Source: Betaproteobacteria bacterium (GTDB taxonomy: Bacteria; Pseudomonadota; Gammaproteobacteria; Burkholderiales; SG8-39). Taken from it: a stretch of DNA of 35,462 bases. The stretch lies in NCBI GenBank assembly GCA_027317055.1, contig DAHVFK010000002.1, forward strand, positions 1 through 35,462, given 5' to 3'. A model generated the notes under the pieces. The model ran no database searches. It was given only the letters and a program-made list of their open reading frames with translations, and was not told the origin of the DNA. This document shows, one piece after another, positions 1 through 9,835 of this stretch (positions are counted from its first letter, which is position 1; each line of letters opens with the position of its first letter). Both the position numbers and the translations under genes were made by a program.

Positions 1-2349
1 GTCGTGGATAGTCCTGCCGCGGTAGCGGATCTCGAGCGTCTCCCGGTTGTAGCGCTGGCCGTGGCAGACGTCGCACGGCACGTAGACATCCGGCAGGAAG
101 TGCATCTCGACCTTGATCAGGCCGTCGCCCTGGCAGGCCTCGCAGCGCCCGCCCTTGACGTTGAAGGAGAATCGCCCGGGGCCGTAGCCGCGCGCCCGCG
201 CCTCGGGCACGCCGCAGAACAGGTCGCGGATCGGCGTGAACAGTCCGGTGTAGGTCGCCGGGTTCGAGCGGGGCGTGCGACCGATGGGGCTCTGGTCGAC
301 GCTGATGACCTTGTCGAAATGCTCGATTCCGGCGATCGATTCGAACGGCGCCGGCTCCACCGCGCTGCCGTACAGCTGGCGCGCCACGGCGGCGTACATG
401 GTGTCGTTGATCAGGGTCGACTTGCCGGAGCCCGACACCCCGGTCACGCACACAAACAGCCCGAGCGGGAGGTCGAAATCCAGGTTCTTGAGGTTGTTGC
501 CGCGTGCGCCGCGAATCGCCAGCCGCTTGCGGCCGGCCCGGCTGCGGCGCTGAGGCAGCTCGATCCGGAGCGTGCCGGCGAGATACCTGCCGGTGAGCGA
601 GTCGGCTTCGGCGATGACCGCCGCCGGCGTGCCCTGGGCGACGACCTGCCCCCCGGCTTCGCCCGCCCCGGGGCCCATGTCGATCACGTGGTCGGCTGCC
701 AGGATGGCCTCTTCGTCGTGCTCGACGACGAGCACCGAGTTGCCGAGGTCGCGCAGGCGCTTGAGCGTTTCGATCAGGCGCGCATTGTCGCGCTGGTGCA
801 GGCCGATCGAAGGCTCGTCTAGTACGTACATGACGCCGGTCAGGCCGGAGCCGATCTGGCTCGCGAGCCGGATTCGCTGCGCCTCTCCGCCGGAGAGCGT
901 TTCCGCCGAGCGGTCAAGCGACAGGTAGTCCAGCCCCACGTTTACCAGGAACTCGAGGCGATCGGCAATTTCGCGCACGATGCGCTCGGCCACCTGGGCG
1001 CGAGTTCCGTCCAGCTGCAGGTTCCGGAACAGCTCCAGCGTCTGCCGCATCGGGACGTGCGAGATCTCGTAGATCGATTTGCCGTCGAGCAGGACGTGGC
1101 GCGCCTCGCGCCGCAGGCGCGCGCCGCCACAATCGGGGCAGGCCTTGTGATTGATGTACTTGGCGAGTTCCTCGCGCACCACCATCGAATCGGTCTCGCG
1201 GTAGCGGCGCTGCAGATTGGGCACGATGCCCTCGAAAGAATGCTCCTTGACCGTGCTACGGCCGCGCTCTGCAGGATAGGTAAAGGCGATCTTGTCCTTG
1301 CCTGAGCCGTTCAGGATCAGCTGCTGCATCGTTTCATCGAGCGCTTCCCACGGTTGCTCGACGTCGAAGGCGTAGTGCCTGGCCAGCGACTGCAGCATCG
1401 AGTAGTAGAAATGGTTGCGCCGGTCCCAGCCCCGGATCGCGCCGCTCGCGAGACTCAGATCCGGGTGCGCGACGAGGTGCTTGGGATCGAAAAACTCGAC
1501 CGTCCCAAGGCCGTCGCAGGTCGGGCAGGCGCCCATCGGATTGTTGAACGAGAACAGGCGCGGCTCGAGCTCGGCCAGTGCGTAACCGCATACCGGGCAA
1601 GCGAACTTAGAGGAGAAAAGGTGTTCCTTTCCGCTGTCGGATTCGACCGCGACCGCGCGTCCGGCGGCGTGCCGCAGCGCGGTTTCGAAAGACTCAGCCA
1701 GGCGCTGCTGCGCGTCGGCCCTTACCTTCAGGCGATCGACCACCACCTCGACGGTGTGCTTAACATTCTTCGCCAGTCGCGGCGCGGCGTCGAGGTCGGA
1801 TACCTTGCCGTCGACGCGCACGCGGGTGAAGCCCTGGGCGCGCAGCTCGTCGAACAGGTCGGCCTGCTCGCCCTTGCGCCGCGCGACGACCGGCGCGAGC
1901 ACCATCAGCTTGGTGTCCTCGGGCAGCGCGAGCACGTGGTCCACCATTTGCGCCACCGACTGCGCCGCGAGCGGCATGCCGTGGTCGGGGCAATACGGCG
2001 TGCCGACGCGGGCGAACAGCAGGCGCAGATAGTCGTGAATCTCGGTTACCGTGCCGACGGTCGAGCGCGGATTGTGGCTCGCGGCCTTTTGCTCGATCGC
2101 GATCGCAGGCGAAAGACCCTCGATCAGGTCCACGTCAGGTTTTTCCATCAACTGCAGGAACTGGCGCGCGTAGGCCGACAGCGACTCGACGTAGCGGCGC
2201 TGGCCTTCGGCGTACAGCGTATCGAAGGCGAGCGAGCTCTTGCCCGAGCCGGAGAGCCCCGTGATTACCACCAGCTTGTTGCGCGGCAGCTCGAGATTGA
2301 GGTTCTTGAGGTTATGCGTGCGCGCACCGCGTATGCGAATCGTCTGCAT
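1..2349 (-). CDS. uvrA: Excinuclease ABC subunit A (UvrA), first ~783 codons; the 3' end runs off the left edge of the window
   Basis: Own minus-strand translation. ATG at 2349-2347 gives [44 protein letters not shown] (Walker A). The same frame at 180-1 gives [60 protein letters not shown], the UvrA C-terminal zinc finger. It is absent from the ORF track because no stop lies inside the window. I did not check every codon for internal stops. Confidence 0.92.
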   Translation of the reverse strand, partial: MQTIRIRGARTHNLKNLNLELPRNKLVVITGLSGSGKSSLAFDTLYAEGQRRYVESLSAYARQFLQLMEKPDVDLIEGLSPAIAIEQKAASHNPRSTVGTVTEIHDYLRLLFARVGTPYCPDHGMPLAAQSVAQMVDHVLALPEDTKLMVLAPVVARRKGEQADLFDELRAQGFTRVRVDGKVSDLDAAPRLAKNVKHTVEVVVDRLKVRADAQQRLAESFETALRHAAGRAVAVESDSGKEHLFSSKFACPVCGYALAELEPRLFSFNNPMGACPTCDGLGTVEFFDPKHLVAHPDLSLASGAIRGWDRRNHFYYSMLQSLARHYAFDVEQPWEALDETMQQLILNGSGKDKIAFTYPAERGRSTVKEHSFEGIVPNLQRRYRETDSMVVREELAKYINHKACPDCGGARLRREARHVLLDGKSIYEISHVPMRQTLELFRNLQLDGTRAQVAERIVREIADRLEFLVNVGLDYLSLDRSAETLSGGEAQRIRLASQIGSGLTGVMYVLDEPSIGLHQRDNARLIETLKRLRDLGNSVLVVEHDEEAILAADHVIDMGPGAGEAGGQVVAQGTPAAVIAEADSLTGRYLAGTLRIELPQRRSRAGRKRLAIRGARGNNLKNLDFDLPLGLFVCVTGVSGSGKSTLINDTMYAAVARQLYGSAVEPAPFESIAGIEHFDKVISVDQSPIGRTPRSNPATYTGLFTPIRDLFCGVPEARARGYGPGRFSFNVKGGRCEACQGDGLIKVEMHFLPDVYVPCDVCHGQRYNRETLEIRYRGRTIHD

Positions 2350-2458
2350 GGAGCGCCGCCGGCGGGCGGCCGAGAAAGTAAACCTGCTACTATAACGAGT
2401 TCCCCGCAAGTCGTTCCACTCCTTCGTTGTTCCTCATTCTGGACACTCAGTTCACGCC

Positions 2459-3691
2459 ATGGCTTCCGAGCGTATGAGCCCACAAGAGCGGCGCGCTGGC
2501 GCGTCTCTCGCTTCCCTGTTTGGCCTGAGAATGCTCGGGCTTTTTCTGATCCTGCCCCTGCTCGCGGTAGACGCGCACAAACTCGCCGGCGGCGACAACT
2601 TGACCCTAGTCGGCCTTGCGCTGGGCGCCTACGGCTTGACGCAGGCGTTCCTGCAGATTCCGTTCGGTATGGCGTCCGACCGCTGGGGGCGCAAACCAGT
2701 GATCCTGGTCGGGCTGCTGCTTTTCGCCGCGGGCAGTTTCATCGCAGGAGCGGCGGACAGTATCTATGTGGTAATTGCCGGCCGCGCGGTCCAGGGCGCG
2801 GGCGCTGTTTCGTCGGTGGTCGTGGCGCTTACGGCGGATCTCACGAGCGAGCGGCATCGCACCAAGGCGATGGCGATGATCGGCAGCACGATCGGTTTCG
2901 CATTCGCGCTATCGCTGGTCGTCGCCCCGTTGCTTTATCGCTGGATCGGACTGAGCGGGGTGTTCTACGTCACTGGCCTGCTGTCGTTCGTCGCGATCTG
3001 GCTGCTTTTCGCCGCAGTGCCGAATGCGGCGCAGGCGGGACATGCCGAGCAGCCGGCGCGCGCGCGCGACCTGCCCGCGCTGATCGCGCAGCCCGAGCTG
3101 ATGAGACTGAACGTCGGGATCTTCGTACTGCACGTGTCCCAGATGGCGATGTTCGTCGTCGTGCCACCAATGCTGGTGGAGGCAGGTCTTGCGCTGCCCT
3201 CGCACTGGAAGTTCTATCTGCCGGTGGTGCTCGTATCTTTCGTGCTGATGGTGCCGGCCGTGTTTTACGCCGACCGCCGCAACCATCACAAGCCGGTACT
3301 GCTCGGGACGGTGCTGCTGCTCGCGGCAGTCGAGGTCGGGCTCGCGGCGGCGCCCGATCGCATCGTGCCGCTCGCCGGTCTGATGCTCGCATTCTTCGTT
3401 GCGTTCAACGTGCTCGAAGCGCTCCTGCCGTCGCTCGTGTCGCGCATCGCGCCGGCGCACGCGCGCGGCACCGCGATCGCGGTTTACAACACGACCCAGA
3501 CCCTGGGCCTGTTCGCGGGCGGCATGATCGGCGGCTGGCTGGCCAAGAACCACGGGCCGCAAGCCGTGTTCAGCACCTGCGCCGCGCTCGCGGCGCTATG
3601 GCTGCTGGCGGCGGCAGGCATGCGCCCGCTGGCGCCGAAACGTGTCAACGAACTGGCCGAGTCCGACGTTTCCCGTTCACGGGGAGCTTGA
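2459..3691 (+). CDS. MFS-family transporter (about 12 TM helices), substrate unknown
   Basis: 410-aa ORF made of repeated hydrophobic segments. MFS-like loop motif GMASDRWGRKPVIL between TM2 and TM3. Sits in the uvrA / MFS / ssb arrangement. Confidence 0.85.
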   Translation: MASERMSPQERRAGASLASLFGLRMLGLFLILPLLAVDAHKLAGGDNLTLVGLALGAYGLTQAFLQIPFGMASDRWGRKPVILVGLLLFAAGSFIAGAADSIYVVIAGRAVQGAGAVSSVVVALTADLTSERHRTKAMAMIGSTIGFAFALSLVVAPLLYRWIGLSGVFYVTGLLSFVAIWLLFAAVPNAAQAGHAEQPARARDLPALIAQPELMRLNVGIFVLHVSQMAMFVVVPPMLVEAGLALPSHWKFYLPVVLVSFVLMVPAVFYADRRNHHKPVLLGTVLLLAAVEVGLAAAPDRIVPLAGLMLAFFVAFNVLEALLPSLVSRIAPAHARGTAIAVYNTTQTLGLFAGGMIGGWLAKNHGPQAVFSTCAALAALWLLAAAGMRPLAPKRVNELAESDVSRSRGA

Positions 3692-3741
3692 GCCCGCAAG
3701 GGGCGCTCGATGAAGGACAACTCGCGAAGGGGGAGGTTTAA

Positions 3742-4218
3742 ATGGCTTCAGTGAACAAGGTGATTCTGGTGGGCAACCTGGGACGTGACCCGGAAACCCG
3801 TTACATGCCGGACGGCGCGGCGCTCACCAACGTGTCGGTCGCCACGTCCTACCAGTGGACGGACAAGGCGAGCGGCGAGAAGAAGGAGGAGACCGAGTGG
3901 CACCGGGTGGTCTTCCGTGCCCGCCTGGCGGAGATCGCGGGCGAGTACCTGAAGAAAGGGTCCCAGATCTACGTCGAAGGGCGGCTGCGCACGCGCAAAT
4001 GGCAGGACAAGGAAGGTCAGGACCGGTACACGACCGAAATCGTCGCCGATACGATGAAGATGCTCGGCTCGCGCAGCGGGGCGGGTGAGCCCAAGAGCGA
4101 GCCGAAGAGCGAACCGCCGCGAGAGGCGGCGGCAGGGTCCCGCGCGGCCGAGCCCAAGGCGGCGACCAAGAAACCGGCCGGAAAGTTCGACGACATGGAG
4201 GACGACATCCCGTTCTGA
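3742..4218 (+). CDS. ssb: Single-stranded DNA-binding protein
   Basis: N-terminus [36 protein letters not shown] (OB fold), a Gly/Pro/Ala-rich linker and the acidic tip [19 protein letters not shown] lies upstream. Confidence 0.97.
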   Translation: MASVNKVILVGNLGRDPETRYMPDGAALTNVSVATSYQWTDKASGEKKEETEWHRVVFRARLAEIAGEYLKKGSQIYVEGRLRTRKWQDKEGQDRYTTEIVADTMKMLGSRSGAGEPKSEPKSEPPREAAAGSRAAEPKAATKKPAGKFDDMEDDIPF

Positions 4219-4270
4219 ACTATAATGCGCCCCCGTTCGCAGTTGAAATCAATACGTTAGGGGCATCGCG

Positions 4271-4624
4271 ATGCCGATCTACGAATACCGTTGCAGCGAG
4301 TGCGGCTTCCAGAACGAGTACTTGCAGAAAGTGTCCGAGCCGCCGCTGAACGTCTGCCCGTCGTGCGGCAAGGCGACGTTCCAGAAGCTGCTTAGCGCCG
4401 CGGGCTTCCAGCTCAAGGGCAGCGGTTGGTACGCCACGGACTTCCGCAACAGCGGCACGAAGGCCGCCAAGCCGGGCGATTCGAAGCCCGGCACCGCGGC
4501 CGAATCGAAGCCCGAGGCCAAGTCCGAAGCCAAGTCCGAGGCCAAGCCGGAGACAAAAGCGGAATCGAAAGCGAAGACCAAGTCTGAGGCGCCCGCGTCA
4601 GGCGGGGGCGGCAGCTCGGCCTGA
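4271..4624 (+). CDS. FmdB-family zinc-ribbon protein with a Lys/Glu/Ala/Ser low-complexity tail
   Basis: MPIYEYRCSECGF...CPSCG (CxxC...CxxC zinc ribbon typical of the FmdB family). The C-terminal half is SKPEAKSEAKSEAKPETKAESKAKTKSEA. Confidence 0.85.
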   Translation: MPIYEYRCSECGFQNEYLQKVSEPPLNVCPSCGKATFQKLLSAAGFQLKGSGWYATDFRNSGTKAAKPGDSKPGTAAESKPEAKSEAKSEAKPETKAESKAKTKSEAPASGGGGSSA

Positions 4625-4700
4625 ACGATATAATCGCCAGCTTTCATCCAACGCGGCCCGCACGCCGCGCCGGCCCGCGGCACGGCGGGCCCTTCCGACC

Positions 4701-5327
4701 TTGAAAAAGTACCTGCTCACCGGTGTACTGATCTGGATCCCGCTGGTCATCACCATTTGGGTCCTGAAGCTCGTGGTTGACACCATGGACCAGAGCATGC
4801 TGCTGCTGCCGGCGCACTGGCGGACCGAGTACTGGCTCGGCGTGCACGTGCCCGGGCAGGGCGTGGTGTTGACCATCTTGATCGTGTTCGTTACCGGGGT
4901 GCTGGCGGCGAACTTCATCGGCGAGAGGCTGGTGCGGATCTGGGACGAGCTGCTGCACCGAATCCCCTTCGTGTCGTCCATTTACTCGAGCGTCAAACAG
5001 GTCTCCGACACACTTTTCTCGTCCTCGGGCCAGGCGTTCCGCAAGGCGCTGCTGGTGCAGTGGCCGCGCGAGGGCATGTGGACGATCGCGTTCCAGACCG
5101 GAGTTCCCGGCGGCGACGTGGTCAATCACCTGAAGGGCGATTACGTCAGCGTCTACGTTCCCACCACGCCCAATCCGACCGGCGGTTACTTCGTTATGCT
5201 GCCGCGCGCCGAGGTGATCGAGCTCGACATGAGCGTCGACGAGGCGCTGAAGTACATCATCTCCATGGGCGTGGTGTCGCCCGTCGGCAGAGCCGACAAG
5301 CACGCGGCGCACGGTGGAATTTCGTAA
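4701..5327 (+). CDS. DUF502-family membrane protein
   Basis: TTG start. [21 protein letters not shown] plus a second TM segment, then the conserved [14 protein letters not shown] and [10 protein letters not shown] motifs that I associate with DUF502. Confidence 0.8.
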   Translation: MKKYLLTGVLIWIPLVITIWVLKLVVDTMDQSMLLLPAHWRTEYWLGVHVPGQGVVLTILIVFVTGVLAANFIGERLVRIWDELLHRIPFVSSIYSSVKQVSDTLFSSSGQAFRKALLVQWPREGMWTIAFQTGVPGGDVVNHLKGDYVSVYVPTTPNPTGGYFVMLPRAEVIELDMSVDEALKYIISMGVVSPVGRADKHAAHGGIS

Positions 5328-5340
5328 CGGGATCTCGCGC

Positions 5341-7113
5341 ATGCGAACGCACTACTGCGGCGATCTGTCCGCCGCCTCCGTCGGTCACAGCGTGACGCTG
5401 TGCGGATGGGCACACCGCAGGCGTGACCACGGCGGCGTGATCTTCATCGACCTGCGCGACCGCGAGGGCCTTGCGCAGGTTGTCTTCGACCCGGATCGCG
5501 CGCAAGCGTTCGCCACCGCCGACCGCTCGCGCAGCGAATATGTGCTCAAGGTTACCGGCACGGTGCGCCGCCGTCCCGAAGGCACCGTCAATCCCAACCT
5601 GCGCTCGGGCGAGGTCGAGGTGCTGGCGCACGAGGTCGAGGTGCTGAACCCCTCGGCGCCGCCGCCGTTCCAGCTCGACGACGACAATCTTTCGGAGACC
5701 ACGCGCCTCACTCACCGCGTGCTCGACCTGCGGCGCGAGCCGATGCAGCACAACCTTCGGCTGCGCTATCGCGTCGCGATGGCCGTGCGCCGCTATTTCG
5801 ATGCGCAGGGCTTCATCGACATCGAGACGCCGATGCTCACGCGCTCGACTCCGGAGGGCGCGCGGGACTACCTGGTGCCCTCGCGCGTGCACCCCGGCGA
5901 ATTCTTCGCCTTGCCGCAGTCCCCGCAGCTTTTCAAGCAGCTGCTGATGGTTGCCGGTTTCGACCGTTACTATCAGATCGTGAAGTGCTTTCGCGACGAG
6001 GATCTGCGGGCTGACCGTCAGCCGGAGTTCACCCAGATCGACATCGAGGCGTCGTTCGTCGGCGAAGCCGAAATCCAGGCGATAAACGAGGCAATGATCC
6101 GGTCGGTGTTCAAGGAGGTGCTCGAGGTCAAGCTTGCGAGCCCTTTTCCGCGCATGACCTACGCCGAAGCGATGTCGCGCTTCGGCTCCGACAAGCCCGA
6201 TCTGCGCGTCGCGCTCGAGCTTACCGATCTGACCGACCTGATGAAGACGGTCGAATTCAAGGTGTTCCGTGGCGCTGCGGACTTGCCCGGCGGCCGAGTC
6301 GCGGCCTTGCGCGTGCCCAAAGCCGATCTGACGCGCAAGGAGATCGACGACTACACCGCGTTCGTCGCGATCTACGGCGCCAAGGGGCTGGCGTACATCC
6401 GCGTCAACGACCGCGCCAAGCTGCCTGACGGGCTGCAGTCGCCGATCGTGAAGTTTCTTCCTGTCGATGTCCTGGCCGAGATCCTGGAGCGCAGCGGCGC
6501 GCAGGACGGCGACCTGCTGTTCTTCGGCGCGGACAGGGCGAAGATCGTGAACGATGCGCTGGGCGCGTTGCGCGTGAAGCTCGGGCACGACAAGGGCTAC
6601 GCGGAGCAGGGCTGGCGGCCGCTGTGGGTGGTGGATTTCCCGATGTTTGAATGGGATGACGAGGCCAAGCGCTGGGCTGCGATGCACCACCCCTTCACCT
6701 CGCCCAAGGATGGGCACGAGGACCTGCTCGCGACCGAGCCGGGCAAGGCGCTGTCCAAGGGCTACGACATGGTGCTGAACGGCTCCGAGATCGGCGGCGG
6801 ATCGATTCGCATCCACCGCGCCGAGGTTCAGTCAAAGGTTTTTCGTGCGCTCGGCATATCCGAGGCCGAGGCGGAGCTCAAATTCGGCTTCCTGCTCGAT
6901 AATCTGCAATACGGAGCGCCGCCGCACGGCGGGATCGCCTTCGGCCTGGACCGCATTGTCGCCATGATGACGGGCGCCGAGTCGATACGCGACGTGATCG
7001 CGTTTCCCAAGACGCAGCGCGCGCAGTGCCTGCTCACGCACGCTCCGAGCCCGGTGGACGAAAAGCAGCTGCGCGAACTGAGCCTGCGCCTGCGAGACAA
7101 GCCCAAGCCGTGA
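5341..7113 (+). CDS. aspS: Aspartate--tRNA ligase (class II)
   Basis: MRTHYCGDL... start, [49 protein letters not shown] (motif 2), GGGSIRIH and GLDRIVAMM (motif 3). 590 aa from ATG 5341. The track start at GTG 5314 is an upstream in-frame alternative. Confidence 0.96.
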   Translation: MRTHYCGDLSAASVGHSVTLCGWAHRRRDHGGVIFIDLRDREGLAQVVFDPDRAQAFATADRSRSEYVLKVTGTVRRRPEGTVNPNLRSGEVEVLAHEVEVLNPSAPPPFQLDDDNLSETTRLTHRVLDLRREPMQHNLRLRYRVAMAVRRYFDAQGFIDIETPMLTRSTPEGARDYLVPSRVHPGEFFALPQSPQLFKQLLMVAGFDRYYQIVKCFRDEDLRADRQPEFTQIDIEASFVGEAEIQAINEAMIRSVFKEVLEVKLASPFPRMTYAEAMSRFGSDKPDLRVALELTDLTDLMKTVEFKVFRGAADLPGGRVAALRVPKADLTRKEIDDYTAFVAIYGAKGLAYIRVNDRAKLPDGLQSPIVKFLPVDVLAEILERSGAQDGDLLFFGADRAKIVNDALGALRVKLGHDKGYAEQGWRPLWVVDFPMFEWDDEAKRWAAMHHPFTSPKDGHEDLLATEPGKALSKGYDMVLNGSEIGGGSIRIHRAEVQSKVFRALGISEAEAELKFGFLLDNLQYGAPPHGGIAFGLDRIVAMMTGAESIRDVIAFPKTQRAQCLLTHAPSPVDEKQLRELSLRLRDKPKP

Positions 7114-7451
7114 CTCGCCTGCTCGCGGCGATCATTGCGCTCGTCGTCGCCTCGAATGCCGCGGGTTTTTCACCGCTGGACGAGATGCGCGTCGATGTGC
7201 TGCCTCCGGACGCAGTCCGAACGGTGAAGCTGATCCAGCGCGGCGGACCTTTCGCTTTCGCCAGGGATGGCAGCGTCTTCGCCAATCGCGAGCGACGCCT
7301 GCCGCCGCGCTACCGCGGCTACTACCGGGAATACACGGTCGCGCCGGCGGGTGCGCGCGAGCGCGGCGCGCGACGCATCGTTGCGGGCCGCAACGGAGAG
7401 CTCTACTACAGCCGCGACCACTACCGCAGCTTCCTGCGCATAAGGCAATAA
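7110..7451 (+). CDS. Secreted guanyl-specific ribonuclease (RNase Sa/N1/T1, barnase-superfamily type)
   Basis: [42 protein letters not shown] matches the RNase Sa catalytic core (Glu in YxEY, RGxRR, DHY His). The N-terminus [19 protein letters not shown] looks like a signal peptide. I place the start at GTG 7110, overlapping the aspS stop (GTGA). The track start at 7026 lies inside aspS. Confidence 0.85.
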   Translation: MTRLLAAIIALVVASNAAGFSPLDEMRVDVLPPDAVRTVKLIQRGGPFAFARDGSVFANRERRLPPRYRGYYREYTVAPAGARERGARRIVAGRNGELYYSRDHYRSFLRIRQ

Positions 7452-7453
7452 GC

Positions 7454-7897
7454 GTGAGCAAGCTGCTGGCCAGGTTGCATGACGCCAGGCGCTCGGGGGT
7501 CTACCGGGTGCCGCAGTCCGACGAAGTCCTCGATGCGGTGCGAGGCTCCGCGCTCGATGTGGCGAGAATCGACCTCGGTGCGGCATCCGACAAGGAGCAG
7601 TTGCTCGCGCAATTCGCGTCCGCGCTCGCGTTCCCTGATTGGTTCGGCCGCAACTGGGACGCGCTCGAGGACTGCCTGAGCGACCTCGCCTGGCGCGCCG
7701 GCGAAGGGCACTTGCTGCTGATCGAGAAATTCGGGGATCTGCGCGCGCATCGGCCGGACGACTTCGGGGTGCTGCTCGATATTCTCTCTTCGAGCGCGCA
7801 GTATTGGCGCGAGCGCGGCAAACCGTTCTTCGTCGCGTTCGTGGATCGCACGAGCAGTCTCGCCTTGCCGGATCTGTTTCGCGCGAGGTGCGCGTGA
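7454..7897 (+). CDS. Barstar-family ribonuclease inhibitor
   Basis: FPDWFGRNWDALEDCLSDL matches the barstar inhibitory helix motif (FPEYYGENLDALWDCLTG in barstar). GTG start 2 nt after the RNase stop. Confidence 0.85.
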   Translation: MSKLLARLHDARRSGVYRVPQSDEVLDAVRGSALDVARIDLGAASDKEQLLAQFASALAFPDWFGRNWDALEDCLSDLAWRAGEGHLLLIEKFGDLRAHRPDDFGVLLDILSSSAQYWRERGKPFFVAFVDRTSSLALPDLFRARCA

Positions 7898-8349
7898 GCC
7901 TCAAGATCCCGGTTTCGGTCCTGGTCGTAATCCACACGCCGGCGCTCGACGTGCTGCTGCTCGAGCGTGCGATCAGGCCCGGATACTGGCAGTCGGTGAC
8001 GGGTTCGGTTGACCGACTGGACGAGCCGCTCGAGCACACCGCGCTGCGCGAGGTGCGCGAAGAGACGGGTATCGAAGCGGCGCCCGCCCAGTTCCTGCGC
8101 TGGAACGTCATCAATACTTTTCGCATTTGGGGCGAATGGCGCCATCGTTTTGTTCCCGGCACCACCCATAACACCGAACACGTCTTCAGCCTTCAGGTTG
8201 CGGGATGCGTGCCCGTGGTGCTCGCAGCCGAAGAGCATCATGCATATCTCTGGCTGCCATGGCGCGAGGCGGCGCAAAAGTGCTTTTCGTGGTCCAACCG
8301 CGAGGCGATCGAGATGCTTCCGGCGCGCCTGCGGATCGCATTGGCGTAG
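7894..8349 (+). CDS. nudB: NUDIX hydrolase, dihydroneopterin triphosphate pyrophosphatase-like
   Basis: Nudix box in GSVDRLDEPLEHTALREVREETGI, and the typical SVLVVIHT...VLLLER...YWQSVTG N-terminus. GTG 7894 overlaps the barstar stop (GTGA). GTG 7888 is an in-frame alternative. The 236-aa track ORF starting at 7639 overlaps barstar and is too long. Confidence 0.85.
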   Translation: MSLKIPVSVLVVIHTPALDVLLLERAIRPGYWQSVTGSVDRLDEPLEHTALREVREETGIEAAPAQFLRWNVINTFRIWGEWRHRFVPGTTHNTEHVFSLQVAGCVPVVLAAEEHHAYLWLPWREAAQKCFSWSNREAIEMLPARLRIALA

Positions 8350-8361
8350 AATTCGGCCCCT

Positions 8362-9798
8362 ATGTCAGAGAAAACAGGCGCCGCGCCCGAGCCGGCGCCG
8401 CCTCCGGTAGAGTTGGCGGCACCCTGGCAGCCAGATCCCGAAGACGACGAACCGGCCGAAGGTCGCGGCGCACGGCAGGGGCTGCGCCGACCGCACCGCC
8501 TGCACCACCTGCTCTCGCCGCGGCGCTGGCTGCAGGGGCTGGTGTTCTGGGGTGGCGCGATCGCGGTGGCGGGCGTCGCGATCCTGTTCGCGATCGGCGC
8601 CGAGCACGCCAACAACGTTCTGCATTTCGGCCTTGCTTGGTCGCCTTACCTTCAACTTCTGCTCACGCCGCTCGGCATCGCGCTGGTGGTCGCCGCGACG
8701 CGCCAGTTCCCGGGCAGCGAGGGTTCCGGCATCCCGCAGACGATCGCCGCGCTTACCATCGCCGACAAAGCCGAGCGCGGCCGGCTGCTTGGCTTGCGCA
8801 CGGTCGCGGGCAAGATCCTGCTCACGCTGGTCGGCCTCGCGTCCGGAGCATCGGTCGGGCGCGAGGGCCCGACGGTACAGATCGGCGCGGCGATCATGCA
8901 CGCGATGGGCAAGCTGATCCGCTTTTCCCGCCACGACATGGAGAAGGGGCTCATCCTCGCGGGCGGCGCGGCCGGCGTCGCCGCGGCTTTCAACACGCCG
9001 CTGGCCGGGATCGTGTTTGCGATCGAGGAAATGAGCCGCTCGTTCGAGGAACGCACCAGCGGCACGATCATCACGGCGGTGATCGTAGCGGGCGCCGTTT
9101 CCCTCGCGGTTCTGGGCGACTACACCTACTTCGGGCACACCTCGGCGTCGTTCGGCTTCGGCCAAGGCTGGATCGCGGTCGGCGTATGCGGCGTCGCGGG
9201 CGGGCTGGCCGGGGGGATCTTCAGCCAGCTGCTGGTGCTGTCCTCGCGCGGGCTGCCGGGAAGGCTGGGAAAGTTCGTCCGCGAGCGCCCGGTCGCGTTC
9301 GGCGCCGCCTGTGGATTGCTGCTCGCCGTGATCGGTCTCGCCTCGGGCGGCACAACCTACGGCACCGGCTACCATGAGGCACGCAAGATCGTCGAGAGCA
9401 CCGAGGCGCTGCCGGCCAGCTACGGCATCCTCAAGCTGCTCGCGTCGCTGGTGTCGTACATAAGCGGGATTCCCGGTGGATTGTTCTCTCCGTCGCTCGC
9501 CGTAGGCGCCGGACTCGGCGCGAACCTGGCGCTCGTGGTGCCCTACGCCCCGGCGGCGGCAGTCGCCCTGCTCGGAATGGTGGCCTACTTCGCGGGCGTG
9601 GTTCAGGCGCCGATTACGGCGTTCGTCATCGTCATGGAAATGACCGACAACCACGACATGCTGCTGCCGCTGATGGCGACGGCGCTGATCGCGACAGGCA
9701 TCTCGCGGCTGGTCTGCAACGAGCCCCTGTACCGTGCGCTCGCCTTGCCGTTTCTCAAGCGTGCCAAGGTGAATGCCCGAGGCCACGCGCGGCACTGA
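8362..9798 (+). CDS. ClC-family chloride channel / H+-Cl- exchanger, no CBS domains
   Basis: Selectivity-filter motifs GSGIPQ, GREGP (gating Glu present) and GGLFSPS, plus a conserved Tyr in GMVAYFAGV. Has a Pro/acid-rich cytoplasmic N-terminal extension of about 50 aa. Confidence 0.93.
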   Translation: MSEKTGAAPEPAPPPVELAAPWQPDPEDDEPAEGRGARQGLRRPHRLHHLLSPRRWLQGLVFWGGAIAVAGVAILFAIGAEHANNVLHFGLAWSPYLQLLLTPLGIALVVAATRQFPGSEGSGIPQTIAALTIADKAERGRLLGLRTVAGKILLTLVGLASGASVGREGPTVQIGAAIMHAMGKLIRFSRHDMEKGLILAGGAAGVAAAFNTPLAGIVFAIEEMSRSFEERTSGTIITAVIVAGAVSLAVLGDYTYFGHTSASFGFGQGWIAVGVCGVAGGLAGGIFSQLLVLSSRGLPGRLGKFVRERPVAFGAACGLLLAVIGLASGGTTYGTGYHEARKIVESTEALPASYGILKLLASLVSYISGIPGGLFSPSLAVGAGLGANLALVVPYAPAAAVALLGMVAYFAGVVQAPITAFVIVMEMTDNHDMLLPLMATALIATGISRLVCNEPLYRALALPFLKRAKVNARGHARH

Positions 9799-9835
9799 GA
9801 GCGCCTGGTTTCGGAACTGCCCAAAGGTCGAAGCC

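Noticed and set aside
2350-2458. Possible LexA (SOS) box in the uvrA/MFS-ssb divergent region
   Set aside because: The best candidate, CTGCTACTATAACGAG (about 2384-2399), deviates from CTGT-N8-ACAG at three core positions, including the CAG half-site. CTGGACACTCAG has the wrong spacing. This is not enough to call an operator.
4-3741. Long plus-strand ORFs over the uvrA region (4..822, 572..928, and 1354..3741 at 795 aa)
   Set aside because: They lie antisense or out of frame to a clearly recognisable uvrA and to the MFS gene. Their translations are Arg/Ala/Gly/Pro-rich with no motifs. The 795-aa ORF even crosses an intergenic region. These are typical high-GC shadow ORFs.
4625-4700. GC-rich hairpin (GGCCCGC-N6-GCGGGCC) and a TATAAT hexamer between the FmdB and DUF502 genes
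   Set aside because: There is no T-run after the hairpin and no matching -35 element for the TATAAT. GC-rich inverted repeats of this size are expected by chance at this composition.
5257-6816. 519-aa minus-strand ORF antisense to aspS
   Set aside because: The opposite strand encodes an AspRS with all class II motifs. The antisense translation is low-complexity and Arg/Leu/Ala-rich.
7170-8277. Minus-strand ORFs of 334 aa and 258 aa across the RNase, barstar and nudB genes
   Set aside because: They are shadow ORFs with Arg/Ser/Ala-rich composition that overlap three motif-supported plus-strand genes.
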